In this document: piece after piece, positions 28,405 through 37,677 of the stretch
Numbering within the stretch: the first letter of the stretch is position 1
Layout: the number at the start of each line of letters is the position of its first letter
IMG/VR virus record: IMGVR_UViG_3300042564_000781
Coordinates: 1-64,000 of that record
DNA: 64,000 nt
From: a virus
Strand: one strand, 5' to 3'
Made by a program: the position numbers and the translations under genes
The notes under the pieces: generated by a model
The model's input: only the letters and a program-made list of their open reading frames with translations
What the model was told of the DNA's origin: nothing
Databases searched by the model: none

Positions 28405-29379
28405 ATGAAAGTATATCAAATCATCAGTGAAGTAACACCTCAAAATTATAATCCTGGAGCTCTGGCTAGAAGGCAAGCGATGAGAACGCAGACTCCTACT
28501 GCTCCACCTGTTGCTGCACCTGCTGCACCGTTGACTACTGCTCAACAAGCTGCTGCTAGAGCTGCTAAAACTACTGCAAACGTACAGAGACTTGATCAGT
28601 TAAAAGGTAAAGGAAAGATTGGTGATGCTAAAGTTGAGTATGCTAAACTAGTACAACAACTAAGAGGCAAAGCAGCAGTTAAAGACATTTATGAAACTGC
28701 AAAAAATGTTAAATCGGCTCGTGGCGCTTATAAATTAGAAACATTTATGAAAAATGTTGGCGGCCCTATTAGTATGTTTATTAGGGCTGTTGATTTGTTG
28801 GCAATTGCTCGAGAATACTATAATGTTGTGGGATCAATTGAAGATGCTTATCAGAACGGTGATCTAAGTGAAGATGAAGCTGAAAGTACAAGAATTTTTA
28901 AAAGTTATATAAGTCAAGTCAATGGTGTACTGACTGCCAAGTTGGCAGTCTGGGGGGTACACGCATATACTAGTTTTAAAATAGCTAAATGGATTGCTAG
29001 AATTATTAGATGGGTAGCAGGCGGTGCTACAACTATAGCAACAGGTGGTATTGGCCTAGCAGCCGTGATAGCAAGCGAAGCGTTCTTTATCTGGTTAGAA
29101 AGATGGCTAGACAGCGATCAAGGTCGTGACTGGTTACTCAACGGGTATGTTGGTATGATGATTATAGGTCTTGGAAAGATTGAAGGTAGCGTATATGATA
29201 CAGTTACTGGATACTACACTAAGCAAGCTGGTGTAAAGACTGATGTGCAGAACAAGAAAGCTCTAGATGCAGCCACTACACCTCAAGAGAAGCAGGCAGC
29301 GCAGGCAGCTATTGATAATAAACAGACCGCCCAAGCTCGATCTGACGATATTGACGCTCTACAAAAAGAATTAAAGTAA
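28405..29379 (+). CDS. Hypothetical late protein, possible internal head/ejection protein
   Basis: Preceded by CATAAATA (28376-83); N-terminus MKVYQIISE resembles the T4 capsid-targeting sequence; hydrophobic Gly/Ala segment. Confidence 0.6.
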   Translation: MKVYQIISEVTPQNYNPGALARRQAMRTQTPTAPPVAAPAAPLTTAQQAAARAAKTTANVQRLDQLKGKGKIGDAKVEYAKLVQQLRGKAAVKDIYETAKNVKSARGAYKLETFMKNVGGPISMFIRAVDLLAIAREYYNVVGSIEDAYQNGDLSEDEAESTRIFKSYISQVNGVLTAKLAVWGVHAYTSFKIAKWIARIIRWVAGGATTIATGGIGLAAVIASEAFFIWLERWLDSDQGRDWLLNGYVGMMIIGLGKIEGSVYDTVTGYYTKQAGVKTDVQNKKALDAATTPQEKQAAQAAIDNKQTAQARSDDIDALQKELK

Positions 29380-29604
29380 CGGCATACCGCTTTTCTTAGT
29401 AGCGTCAATATTTTCTTTGATTAGAGAACTCATAATATTCCTATCTTCATAGGAATATACATGGAATAAGTCTTGACTGGTCACTCCGCCACGCATGTAC
29501 CAACTTATTTTAAATATTTCTTCTTTAACCTCTGCCGCTTGCCGATCAAATGTCTTTAAAAAGTCCTCAAGGTCAGAGTGCTCGACATAGCCTAGGCGGT
29601 TACG
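29371..29604 (-). CDS. Unannotated -1-frame extension of the gp26-like gene (gp51/GT-like segment, 77 codons)
   Basis: Open -1 frame RNRLGYVEHSDLEDFLKTFDRQAAEVKEEIFKISWYMRGG...SGMPLL* beginning at slippery T TTT TTC (29610-29604); no start codon before Met37. Confidence 0.7.
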   Translation of the reverse strand, partial: RNRLGYVEHSDLEDFLKTFDRQAAEVKEEIFKISWYMRGGVTSQDLFHVYSYEDRNIMSSLIKENIDATKKSGMPLL

Positions 29605-30422
29605 AAAAAATTTGATTGGTCCAAATTAACAGTTACTGAATCTTCAGTTTCACATGTAGCGCACTTAATATGAGACTTGGGCATAGTCCATTTTTCTTTG
29701 TTTTCTTCTAATTTTTTCTTAATAGCTGCATATAGGGCACGATCGCTATTCTTAACCCACTCAACAATAAATTCTTTTTCGTTAACAATGCCGTCTGGTA
29801 CTTGAACACTGTCAATACTGTTAATAAACAATTGAGTTTGTACGTCTGCTAAATTTTTGTAAACTAGATCAACTTGTACCTGTTGATCTTGCTCATCTGA
29901 CATAGTGCCAACTTGTGCTAACATCTTTTGTAATTTAAAATTTTCTATATTAATTTCAGTAAGTTCTTTGTAACTTAATGGGCGTAGGGTAACTGTTAGC
30001 TCTCCTACTTGAATTTTATTATCAAAAGTTAATCCGCTATAGTATTCTAAGAATGTACGCAGATCAATATCGAATTCATTTTCAGTTCCGCAGTTAGTGC
30101 AGGTGTGTCTAATTCCAAGTAGTTCACCAAATGTAGCAATTCTGATAGCAGTTACAATGCTGTCTACATCTAGTGTAGGCATCTTACTAGCATCTTTAAT
30201 AAAAGGGCAGCAACTCTCAATAACTTTAACTGTTGCTTCGCCGGTAAACAAGGCATCTGGAGTCTTGTACATAATTTCGTCCATGCCGTTCATACCAAAA
30301 ATTGGTACGTTGTTATAGTCACCGTGAAACGCACCTTCTTCGTAGAATAGTCCTTTGCTGGGCAAAGAGATGTAGATTTTAGGCTGGCGATAGTACTTCT
30401 GTAGAGGGTTTGTTGGGTTCAT
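29592..30422 (-). CDS. gp26: Baseplate hub assembly protein / tail chaperone, gp26-like (276 aa)
   Basis: True start is probably ATG 30422 (MNPTNPLQKYYRQPKIYISLPSKG) with a GGAG RBS; LPS.G, D..SI..AIR.ATFG and two CxxC motifs; ends NFF like gp26-family proteins. Confidence 0.75.
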   Translation of the reverse strand: MNPTNPLQKYYRQPKIYISLPSKGLFYEEGAFHGDYNNVPIFGMNGMDEIMYKTPDALFTGEATVKVIESCCPFIKDASKMPTLDVDSIVTAIRIATFGELLGIRHTCTNCGTENEFDIDLRTFLEYYSGLTFDNKIQVGELTVTLRPLSYKELTEINIENFKLQKMLAQVGTMSDEQDQQVQVDLVYKNLADVQTQLFINSIDSVQVPDGIVNEKEFIVEWVKNSDRALYAAIKKKLEENKEKWTMPKSHIKCATCETEDSVTVNLDQSNFFVTA

Positions 30423-30432
30423 TTTTACTCCC

Positions 30433-30459
30433 GATAAATATAATGTATCCTTATTTATA
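30433..30459. promoter_or_regulatory. Pair of opposed late promoters: GATAAATA (+, 30433-40) and TATAAATA (-, 30459-52)
   Basis: Matches to the T4 late consensus TATAAATA between the divergent gp26-like and tape-measure genes. Confidence 0.7.
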
Positions 30460-30484
30460 TACGCAGTTTTCCAGGAAAAATAAT

Positions 30485-33400
30485 ATGTCAATAACCAAAG
30501 ATGAAATGGTAGCAGCACTTAAAGAAGCAAGTAAACTTGGCTATCTTGGAGGCATGTCTGGTGGAGGTGGAGGTGGTACTTCCGGGGGTGGAACAGGAGG
30601 CGGCAGTGATATCGGATCAGGTCGATTTGGTAAAGAACTGGGTGCTGCTGGAGATGCCGCTAAAGGATTAGGCACTGCGGCTGCAACAGTTGCGTCAAAA
30701 CTTGCAGAAGGCGGAGCTCGAGTTAGTGATGCTACTGATGCATTGGCAGCAGGGTTTGGTGGCCTTGGTGCTACCGGATCAGCTTTTGGCACAGTTCTTG
30801 AAAAAGGTTCTAAAGCACTTGCATCCTTAGGACAAAACCTAGATAAAAATATTGACACTTGGAGAAAGTTATCTGACACTGGTCTATCGTTTAACAACGA
30901 TGTCATAGAGATGAAAAATCAAGCAAGTGCTGCTAGGATGAGCATTGCTGAAATGAGTGAAGTAATGCAGAAGAATAATTCTTCAATGCTGGGATTCGGA
31001 GCAACTAGTGCTGAAGGTGCTAAAAAGTTTACTAAAATGGCTGATTCGTTTTTTACTAGTGGTCTAGGCGAACAACTTCGAGGCATGGGCTACACTACCA
31101 AAGAGCTTAACGATGTGTTAGCTGTTAGTATATCGGGATCAAAACTTAAAGATCTAAAAGACAAAGACGGTCAAGATAGATCTCTTAAAGCAGCAGCGAG
31201 CCTAGCTACTGAAATGGATGCTGTTGCTAAGATAACAGGACAGAGTAAACAAGAACAACTTGACGAATTACGTCGCAAGGCTACTGACGGCCAACGTATG
31301 GCCGCTATTGATGAAGCTATTGCTAAAGGTGGTGTAGGTGCAAAAGAAGCGTTTGATGCAATCAGTGCTAACGGTAAACTGATGGGACCACAGTTTCAGA
31401 AACTTGCAGAAGACATGGCTTCAATGGGCCGCCCGTCAGAAGGTATGGAAGCAGCATACGGTCTATTAAGTGCTGATGCTAAAAAATTGATGAGTGAAGC
31501 AGGTGAAGCTGCTCGCAGTGGTGACAGAGAACGTGCGGCAATGCTGACAAAACAAGCCGCAGCTGAGCAAGCTGCTTTTCAAAATACTAGTCAGTACAGA
31601 ACAATGGCTGCACAAGCAGGCATTAAAGAAACTCAAGAAAGTTATGCACAGGGTGCTAAGTTTAGAAATGCTCTTGCAGATGCAGGCGGCAATATAAACA
31701 ATGTTGAAGAGTCAATGAAAAAACTTGACGATCAAGTCAAAAAAGAACAACAGGCCGGCAGCAAAGACGATCCAAATGCAACAGGCGGCCAAGCAATTAC
31801 TAAATTTGCAGTTGATGTTGAAAGTCGAGGAAGAGATTTAACCAAAACAATAAACGATAAACTCATACAGCCATTAGCACAAAAAGATGTTGGCCCAGCA
31901 ATAGCTAAACTTTATAAGGCTTTGAATTTAGATTCACCAACAGTAGTTGATGAAGAACTTGGAAAACCTATTGGAGCAGGTTACGATAAAGCTAGACTTA
32001 GTAGAATAGCTTCAGAAGAAGCAGGTGATAAATCAGGGCCTAACACAGGTGTTGGCAAAACTGATGCAGCCTCTAAAGATGTAAAAGATTTTAATGCATT
32101 ACTTAACGGCAACCAAAAACAATCTGATGCTGCTCTTAAAGTTTTAGAAAAGATTGCTAATGAGAAATCTATGTCTAAAGAAGATGTAGTTAAAGGTGCA
32201 ATGGCAAACAAAGGTGCAGGCATGGCCGACCTTGTTAGTCAGATTAAGAAAGAGTTGCCTGCTACTGAACAGCCTGGATATAAAGATGCAAAGAAAGCAG
32301 AGTTAGAAAAATCAACAGGAAAATTAGTCAATCCTGGTAGTGAAAAACCTGTGTTAGAAGGAGTTGGCGCAGGGATTGATGCACTAGGCGGATTGTTTAG
32401 GTCTGCTAGTCCAGGTTTTGTTTCTGTTGTTGGCGGTGTTGAAGTTACTGGAGTTAAAGCTAAAGCAGTTGGTGGCATAATTGAAAAACCTGAACTTATT
32501 CTTGCAGGTGAAGCTGGCCCCGAAGCAATTTTTAATAAAACACAACTTGAAAGTTACACTGCTAAGATTATGGGAGCAGCAGCTGGTGCAATGCCCAAGA
32601 TGGATGCTCCTAAGTTAGATTTGTCTAGCATGTCTAAATCAATTAGCACTAGTATTAGTTCTGTTAGTGGAGGCGGTGAAACTACTACTAAACGAGTACA
32701 AAATGACAGTAGTAAAGATGCTGAAAAAGAATTAGCCTCTATTAAAGAACAGATGCAAGCTGAACGAAATGCTCTTAGAGAAAAGTTAAAAGCTCAAATA
32801 GGTGACGGAAGTAAACTAGGTGGCGGGTCAGTCGCCAAAGAAATGCGAACTGGAGACGAAGGTAAAGGAATAGCTGAAAAGTATAAAGCTATGATGGAGC
32901 CGTTACAGAAACAAATTGATGCTGGAATCAGTTTTGAAACTACTAAGAAAGCAGCAGCCATTGAAGAAACTACTAAAATGGTTAGTGAGCAATTGGCAAT
33001 TACTAAAACTAGTAATAGTACACTGGCCGATATGTACAAAGATGATAGTAAATCTAAACTAGATATTGCTAAGAAAACTAACGCTGATGCATTTAAAGAA
33101 GCTGATTTAGCTAAAGGAGTAATTGGCACTTCAGTAAAAGGTATGAGTGAAGACATGATCAGCTCTATGATACCAAAAGGTGCAAAGATTGAAGATTATT
33201 ATGTCGATATGAACGACAAGATACAAAGTTATTCAGCTGATACTGTGGCAAAAATGGAAAAAACTGCTAAAGATTCTGCTAATGTAGTTGAGTCATATTC
33301 AACTACAATATCTTCATCTAGTAAAAAAATGGCAACAGATATAGCAAGTTCATTACCCGGCACAACATCTAAGACTATGGCTGCACCATCAGCAATGCAA

Positions 33401-34696
33401 TCAGTTACGTCAATGGGGAAAATGACACTAAACGATGATCAACGTAAAATCTTTGATGAAATGATGTCGTTAAATGACAAACAAGCTAACGAAAAATTAG
33501 AATCTCTTAAAGCAGAAGAAGCAGCAGCAAACGCAGCTAATAAAGCTGCATATACAGCAAGAGATGCGTTAGAAGAAAGATATGAAGCAGAAGGCAAGAG
33601 CTTAAAAGATCTATCATCGGAAGATAAAAAACGATACGACGAACTTACTGCTCAGATGAATCAAACAGTTAACGGCGCTGACAAGGCTCGAGAATCAATT
33701 GCCGCTGCTGAACGTGCTGAATCAACTAGACAAAATTTACAAAAAATGGGTTATGATGTTTTGACTCAGCAAGAAGAAGCCAAAGTAAAAATTGTTGAAA
33801 CCAACGCTGAACAAATTAAATCTTACATAGCTGAATCACTTCCAGTTAAAGATATGGCTGCTAAACAAGAAGAATTCCAATCTCAGTTTACAGAAAGTCA
33901 ACAAAAGATCCTTGACGACTACAAAGGTTATAGCGAAGGTAATCGTGTTGCCCACGCCGAAGCTATGGAATCTGGTATTAAAGAAGATACTGAAACTGCA
34001 AAAATAATTGCTGATCGAATTTCTAAAATGAAAGCTGACATTGGAGATAGACAAGCTACAGAAGAAGAAACGGCAGAACTTGCAAATCAAGAAGCAAACA
34101 AAAAACTGTTTGAACGTCGAGTTGGCGAAAAAACAGAAATGCTTGATATTATGCAGAATTTAGAAGGCTACAGTGCTAAACGTGAATTAGAACTCAAACA
34201 GAAAACAGCTAAAGATGTTACTGCTGAAGATAAGAAAACTGATGCAATTACTGCAGCCGCTAAAGCCGCCTGGGACTCAGCTGTTCCGGAAAAATTAAAC
34301 ACTTCGGTTGTATCAGAAGCACCAAAACGCAAAGTAATGAGCACAGCAGACATGATGGCAGGTGGAATGGACATTGGCCCTAACGGTATGCCAATTATGA
34401 AAAAGATTGATACTGCTAAAAATAGTATACCAGCTAAGCCTGCAGATGCAGATGCCGCCAGAGAAGACGCAAAATTCAAAAGACAAGCTGAAGAGAAAAA
34501 AGCAGAAGCTGCTAAAACGGCTGAAAAAAAGCCCGATGCTAAAGCAGCAACTAAAGAATCTACTCTCTCTGACGTGGTATCGGCGCTGAATACGTTAAAT
34601 AAACAGATGGGCCAACTAATAGCAGTCAGTGAAGAAGGCCATAAATCTACAACCAAAGCTACTAAAAGCACTGCTGGTAACATATACGCGAGATAA
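30485..34696 (+). CDS. Tail tape-measure-like protein (1403 aa from ATG 30485)
   Basis: Long Ala/Lys/Glu-rich helical sequence with the tape-measure-type motif AVGGIIEKPELILAGEAGPEAIF; AGGA RBS before 30485; next to the chaperone-like gene. Confidence 0.7.
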   Translation: MSITKDEMVAALKEASKLGYLGGMSGGGGGGTSGGGTGGGSDIGSGRFGKELGAAGDAAKGLGTAAATVASKLAEGGARVSDATDALAAGFGGLGATGSAFGTVLEKGSKALASLGQNLDKNIDTWRKLSDTGLSFNNDVIEMKNQASAARMSIAEMSEVMQKNNSSMLGFGATSAEGAKKFTKMADSFFTSGLGEQLRGMGYTTKELNDVLAVSISGSKLKDLKDKDGQDRSLKAAASLATEMDAVAKITGQSKQEQLDELRRKATDGQRMAAIDEAIAKGGVGAKEAFDAISANGKLMGPQFQKLAEDMASMGRPSEGMEAAYGLLSADAKKLMSEAGEAARSGDRERAAMLTKQAAAEQAAFQNTSQYRTMAAQAGIKETQESYAQGAKFRNALADAGGNINNVEESMKKLDDQVKKEQQAGSKDDPNATGGQAITKFAVDVESRGRDLTKTINDKLIQPLAQKDVGPAIAKLYKALNLDSPTVVDEELGKPIGAGYDKARLSRIASEEAGDKSGPNTGVGKTDAASKDVKDFNALLNGNQKQSDAALKVLEKIANEKSMSKEDVVKGAMANKGAGMADLVSQIKKELPATEQPGYKDAKKAELEKSTGKLVNPGSEKPVLEGVGAGIDALGGLFRSASPGFVSVVGGVEVTGVKAKAVGGIIEKPELILAGEAGPEAIFNKTQLESYTAKIMGAAAGAMPKMDAPKLDLSSMSKSISTSISSVSGGGETTTKRVQNDSSKDAEKELASIKEQMQAERNALREKLKAQIGDGSKLGGGSVAKEMRTGDEGKGIAEKYKAMMEPLQKQIDAGISFETTKKAAAIEETTKMVSEQLAITKTSNSTLADMYKDDSKSKLDIAKKTNADAFKEADLAKGVIGTSVKGMSEDMISSMIPKGAKIEDYYVDMNDKIQSYSADTVAKMEKTAKDSANVVESYSTTISSSSKKMATDIASSLPGTTSKTMAAPSAMQSVTSMGKMTLNDDQRKIFDEMMSLNDKQANEKLESLKAEEAAANAANKAAYTARDALEERYEAEGKSLKDLSSEDKKRYDELTAQMNQTVNGADKARESIAAAERAESTRQNLQKMGYDVLTQQEEAKVKIVETNAEQIKSYIAESLPVKDMAAKQEEFQSQFTESQQKILDDYKGYSEGNRVAHAEAMESGIKEDTETAKIIADRISKMKADIGDRQATEEETAELANQEANKKLFERRVGEKTEMLDIMQNLEGYSAKRELELKQKTAKDVTAEDKKTDAITAAAKAAWDSAVPEKLNTSVVSEAPKRKVMSTADMMAGGMDIGPNGMPIMKKIDTAKNSIPAKPADADAAREDAKFKRQAEEKKAEAAKTAEKKPDAKAATKESTLSDVVSALNTLNKQMGQLIAVSEEGHKSTTKATKSTAGNIYAR

Positions 34697-34701
34697 CAAA
34701 C

Positions 34702-36423
34702 ATGTCATGGAAAAAGTATTTTACACCTGCGTCAGTTAACACTGATTCCGGAAACTATAGCCCAATAGGAAACAGTTCATCTCGTCCGGGCCCAGCCCAA
34801 GCAAACTACTCTAGTTTCTTACCAGACGTCTACACAGGTGCTCCTAATCGTATTGATCGCTATTTGCAGTACGATACAATGGACATGGACAACGAAGTCA
34901 ATGCAGCCCTAGACATTCTAGCAGAATTCTGCAGTCAAAAGAACAAAGAAAACAACACACCATTTAGTTTATTCTATAGAAATAAAGCTACAAATAGTGA
35001 AATTGCTATCCTTCGAGAGTACCTACAGCAGTGGTGTAAGCTACAAAAATTTGAAACTAGAATCTTCCGTATCGTGCGTAACGTGTTCAAATACGGCGAT
35101 GCGTTCTTTGTTCGCGATCCTGAAAATAAGAAATGGATGTACATTGACACTGGCAAGATTACCAAGATCATTGTGAATGAAAGTGACGGTAAAGCACCAG
35201 AACAGTATGTTATCCGTGACCTAAATCCTAACTTCCAGCACTTAGTTGTTACACAGATCAATCCTAATTCTCAAAATACCAACAACCGCGGAACATCATT
35301 TGTTGCTGGCGGAGCAGCCGCTCGCGGCCAGCCTGGCGCATATCCAAGTAGTCAAAGTTCACGATTTAGTAGCGGACAGGACGAAGTTGCTGTTGATGCA
35401 AAGCATGTTATACATTTAAGTTTATCAGAAGGTCTTGACAACAATTATCCATTTGGTAATAGCTTGTTAGAAAGCATTTTTAAAGTTTACAAACAGAAAG
35501 AACTGCTTGAAGATGCTATCATTATCTATCGTATACAACGTGCTCCAGAACGTAGAATCTTTTATATTGACGTGGGAAATATGCCAAGTCATTTGGCTAT
35601 GAGCTTTGTTGAGCGTGTAAAGAACGAAATACATCAAAGACGTATTCCAAGTTCAACAGGTGGAGGCAACAACGTTGTTGATAGTGCCTACAATCCGTTA
35701 AGTATCAACGAAGACTACTTCTTTCCGCAGACAGCAGAAGGTCGTGGAAGTAAAGTAGAAACACTTCCGGGCGGTACTAACTTAGGTGAAATTGATGACT
35801 TAAAGTACTTTACTAACAAGTTATTCCGTGGCCTACGTATTCCGTCAAGCTACTTGCCAACAGGCGCAGATGACAGCCAATCACAATATAACGACGGACG
35901 AGTTGGTACTGCATACATTCAAGAACTGCGTTTTAACAACTATTGCCAGCGTTTACAAAGTCTAATGCAGGATGTTTTTGACCAAGAATTTAAATTATAT
36001 TTGAATGAACGTGGTGTAAACATTGACTCAAGTTTGTTTGAAGTACAGTTTCAAGCACCACAGAACTTTGCTACCTATCGTCAAGCAGAGCTAGATGGAC
36101 AACGTGTACCACAGTTCCAAACTATGAGTCAGATCCCATTCATGAGCAAGCGTTTTGCTATGAAACGCTTCTTAGGTATGAGCGATGAAGAGATGGCGGA
36201 AAATGAGCGCATGTGGGCTGAAGAGAATGGAAAAGGCAGTGCTATTCCTACTGACAGCTCAGGCGAACTACGTGGCGCAGGCATTAGTTCAGCAGGTATT
36301 GAAAGTGACTTAGGTGACTTATCTGATGACACTGCTCCCCCAGAAGTTGGCGGAGCAGACATTACAGGTGGCATGCCTGCGGCTCCTGGTGCGGCACCGG
36401 CAGCAATGCCACCGGTAGCATAA
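34702..36423 (+). CDS. gp20: Portal vertex protein gp20
   Basis: LEDAIIIYRIQRAPERRIFYIDVGNMP, EDYFFP, TLPGGTNLGEIDD.KYF, ELRF motifs. Confidence 0.95.
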   Translation: MSWKKYFTPASVNTDSGNYSPIGNSSSRPGPAQANYSSFLPDVYTGAPNRIDRYLQYDTMDMDNEVNAALDILAEFCSQKNKENNTPFSLFYRNKATNSEIAILREYLQQWCKLQKFETRIFRIVRNVFKYGDAFFVRDPENKKWMYIDTGKITKIIVNESDGKAPEQYVIRDLNPNFQHLVVTQINPNSQNTNNRGTSFVAGGAAARGQPGAYPSSQSSRFSSGQDEVAVDAKHVIHLSLSEGLDNNYPFGNSLLESIFKVYKQKELLEDAIIIYRIQRAPERRIFYIDVGNMPSHLAMSFVERVKNEIHQRRIPSSTGGGNNVVDSAYNPLSINEDYFFPQTAEGRGSKVETLPGGTNLGEIDDLKYFTNKLFRGLRIPSSYLPTGADDSQSQYNDGRVGTAYIQELRFNNYCQRLQSLMQDVFDQEFKLYLNERGVNIDSSLFEVQFQAPQNFATYRQAELDGQRVPQFQTMSQIPFMSKRFAMKRFLGMSDEEMAENERMWAEENGKGSAIPTDSSGELRGAGISSAGIESDLGDLSDDTAPPEVGGADITGGMPAAPGAAPAAMPPVA

Positions 36424-36431
36424 ATACTACT

Positions 36432-36671
36432 ATGATACTTAGAGAATTATTTTATGCTGATAAAGATATGCAGGCCATTTCAAATGACCTGCAATATTCA
36501 GCCAGCCAAGACGATAGTCCTTTGAAAAGAAAAGATACTCGTAAGACAAGATTAACCTTACGACAGATCAACGAACTAAGAAAAGCTTCTGAAAGCCATA
36601 TATTAGAACAAGAAAAAGATTTAGAACTTGTACAGCAAATGTACATGACGCCGGCTGCACCGCCCGCGTAA
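36432..36671 (+). CDS. Small conserved head-module protein (79 aa)
   Basis: ORF between portal and prohead core; TAAATA 5 nt before its ATG. Confidence 0.65.
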   Translation: MILRELFYADKDMQAISNDLQYSASQDDSPLKRKDTRKTRLTLRQINELRKASESHILEQEKDLELVQQMYMTPAAPPA

Positions 36672-36788
36672 TAAATAACTCGATGACGATTTTTTCTAAA
36701 ATCGTCTAAAATTCCACCATTATAACGTTTATATTACAATTAAGTGTAAATATATCGACAGCCTTTACAATCTAATTAGGAGACAAAC

Positions 36789-37667
36789 ATGACTGATCGT
36801 TCAAAGTTCGAACAGATGCTAGAGCATCTTGTTAATGAAGAAAGTGATAAAGCCAAAGAGCTTTTCCATCAACTAGTAGTTGAAAAATCTCGTGAAATCT
36901 ACGAAAACATTTTAGCAGACGACTTCACAACTGAAGCCGACGGCGATGACGAGGAAGAAGACGACCTTGAAGAAGCAACTAAAGACGAAGATGATGAAGA
37001 TATGGAAGAAAGTTTTGGCTTTGCTGAAGGTGACGATGAAGAAGACACAGGTGACATTGGCGGCGACGCCGGTGACGACTTTGTAAGCGACATCGATGCT
37101 GGTGACGAAGGTGACGAAGAAGGCATGGGCGGCGAAGGCGATATTGAAGATCGCGTAGTTGACCTAGAAGATGCACTTGACGACCTACGTGCCGAATTTG
37201 AAGCATTAATGGGCGACGAAGAAGGCGGCGACATGGGCGGAATGGACGACATGGGCGGCGATGATATGGGTGCTGGCGACATGGGCGGAATGGACGACAT
37301 GGGCGGCGAAGAAGAATTAGAAGACAGCTTCATGCGTGAGTACGTAGAGAAAGTTGGCAACCCAAAGCATGGCGACAACGGCGCAAACACCAAGTCAGTT
37401 ATGGCAAAAGCAAACAATATGGGCGGTACAACTGCTAATATCGTAAAAGGTGGTGAGAGCACAACAGGCGGCACAAAAGGCGGCTTGTTAAATCCATCAA
37501 CTAAAGAAGAAAACTTTGGTAACGTTAATGTCCCAGGCGGTAACGCAGGTAAGACAGCGTTTAAGAAGAAAGAAGCTGGACACGGCGCTGAGAAAAAAGC
37601 AACTGGCGACAATGGCGACAGAAGTGCTGATAGCCCGTTAAATGGCGCTCCTAGAAGAGCAAAGTAA
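36789..37667 (+). CDS. Acidic prohead core protein (gp67/68-like position)
   Basis: Very D/E-rich low-complexity protein between portal and protease; AGGAG RBS; many L/I-x-E potential protease sites. Confidence 0.65.
   Translation: MTDRSKFEQMLEHLVNEESDKAKELFHQLVVEKSREIYENILADDFTTEADGDDEEEDDLEEATKDEDDEDMEESFGFAEGDDEEDTGDIGGDAGDDFVSDIDAGDEGDEEGMGGEGDIEDRVVDLEDALDDLRAEFEALMGDEEGGDMGGMDDMGGDDMGAGDMGGMDDMGGEEELEDSFMREYVEKVGNPKHGDNGANTKSVMAKANNMGGTTANIVKGGESTTGGTKGGLLNPSTKEENFGNVNVPGGNAGKTAFKKKEAGHGAEKKATGDNGDRSADSPLNGAPRRAK
37227..37309 (+). repeat. Two identical 35-bp direct repeats (period 48) encoding GDMGGMDDMGG
   Basis: GGCGACATGGGCGGAATGGACGACATGGGCGGCGA at 37227-37261 and 37275-37309. Confidence 0.9.
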
Positions 37668-37677
37668 GTAGATAAAG

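Noticed and set aside
30410-30518. Overlapping N-terminal extensions of the gp26-like and tape-measure ORFs given in the track
   Set aside because: RBS and promoter positions support ATG 30422 (-) and ATG 30485 (+); the extensions run through the promoter region.
37227-37309. CRISPR-like array from 35-bp repeats
   Set aside because: Only two copies with a 13-nt gap, in frame inside a low-complexity CDS; no cas genes.
36899-37612. 237-aa antisense ORF and the many other 60-180 aa opposite-strand or overlapping ORFs in the track
   Set aside because: They are shadows of well-supported genes, produced by codon bias and low complexity; no RBS, promoter or motif support.
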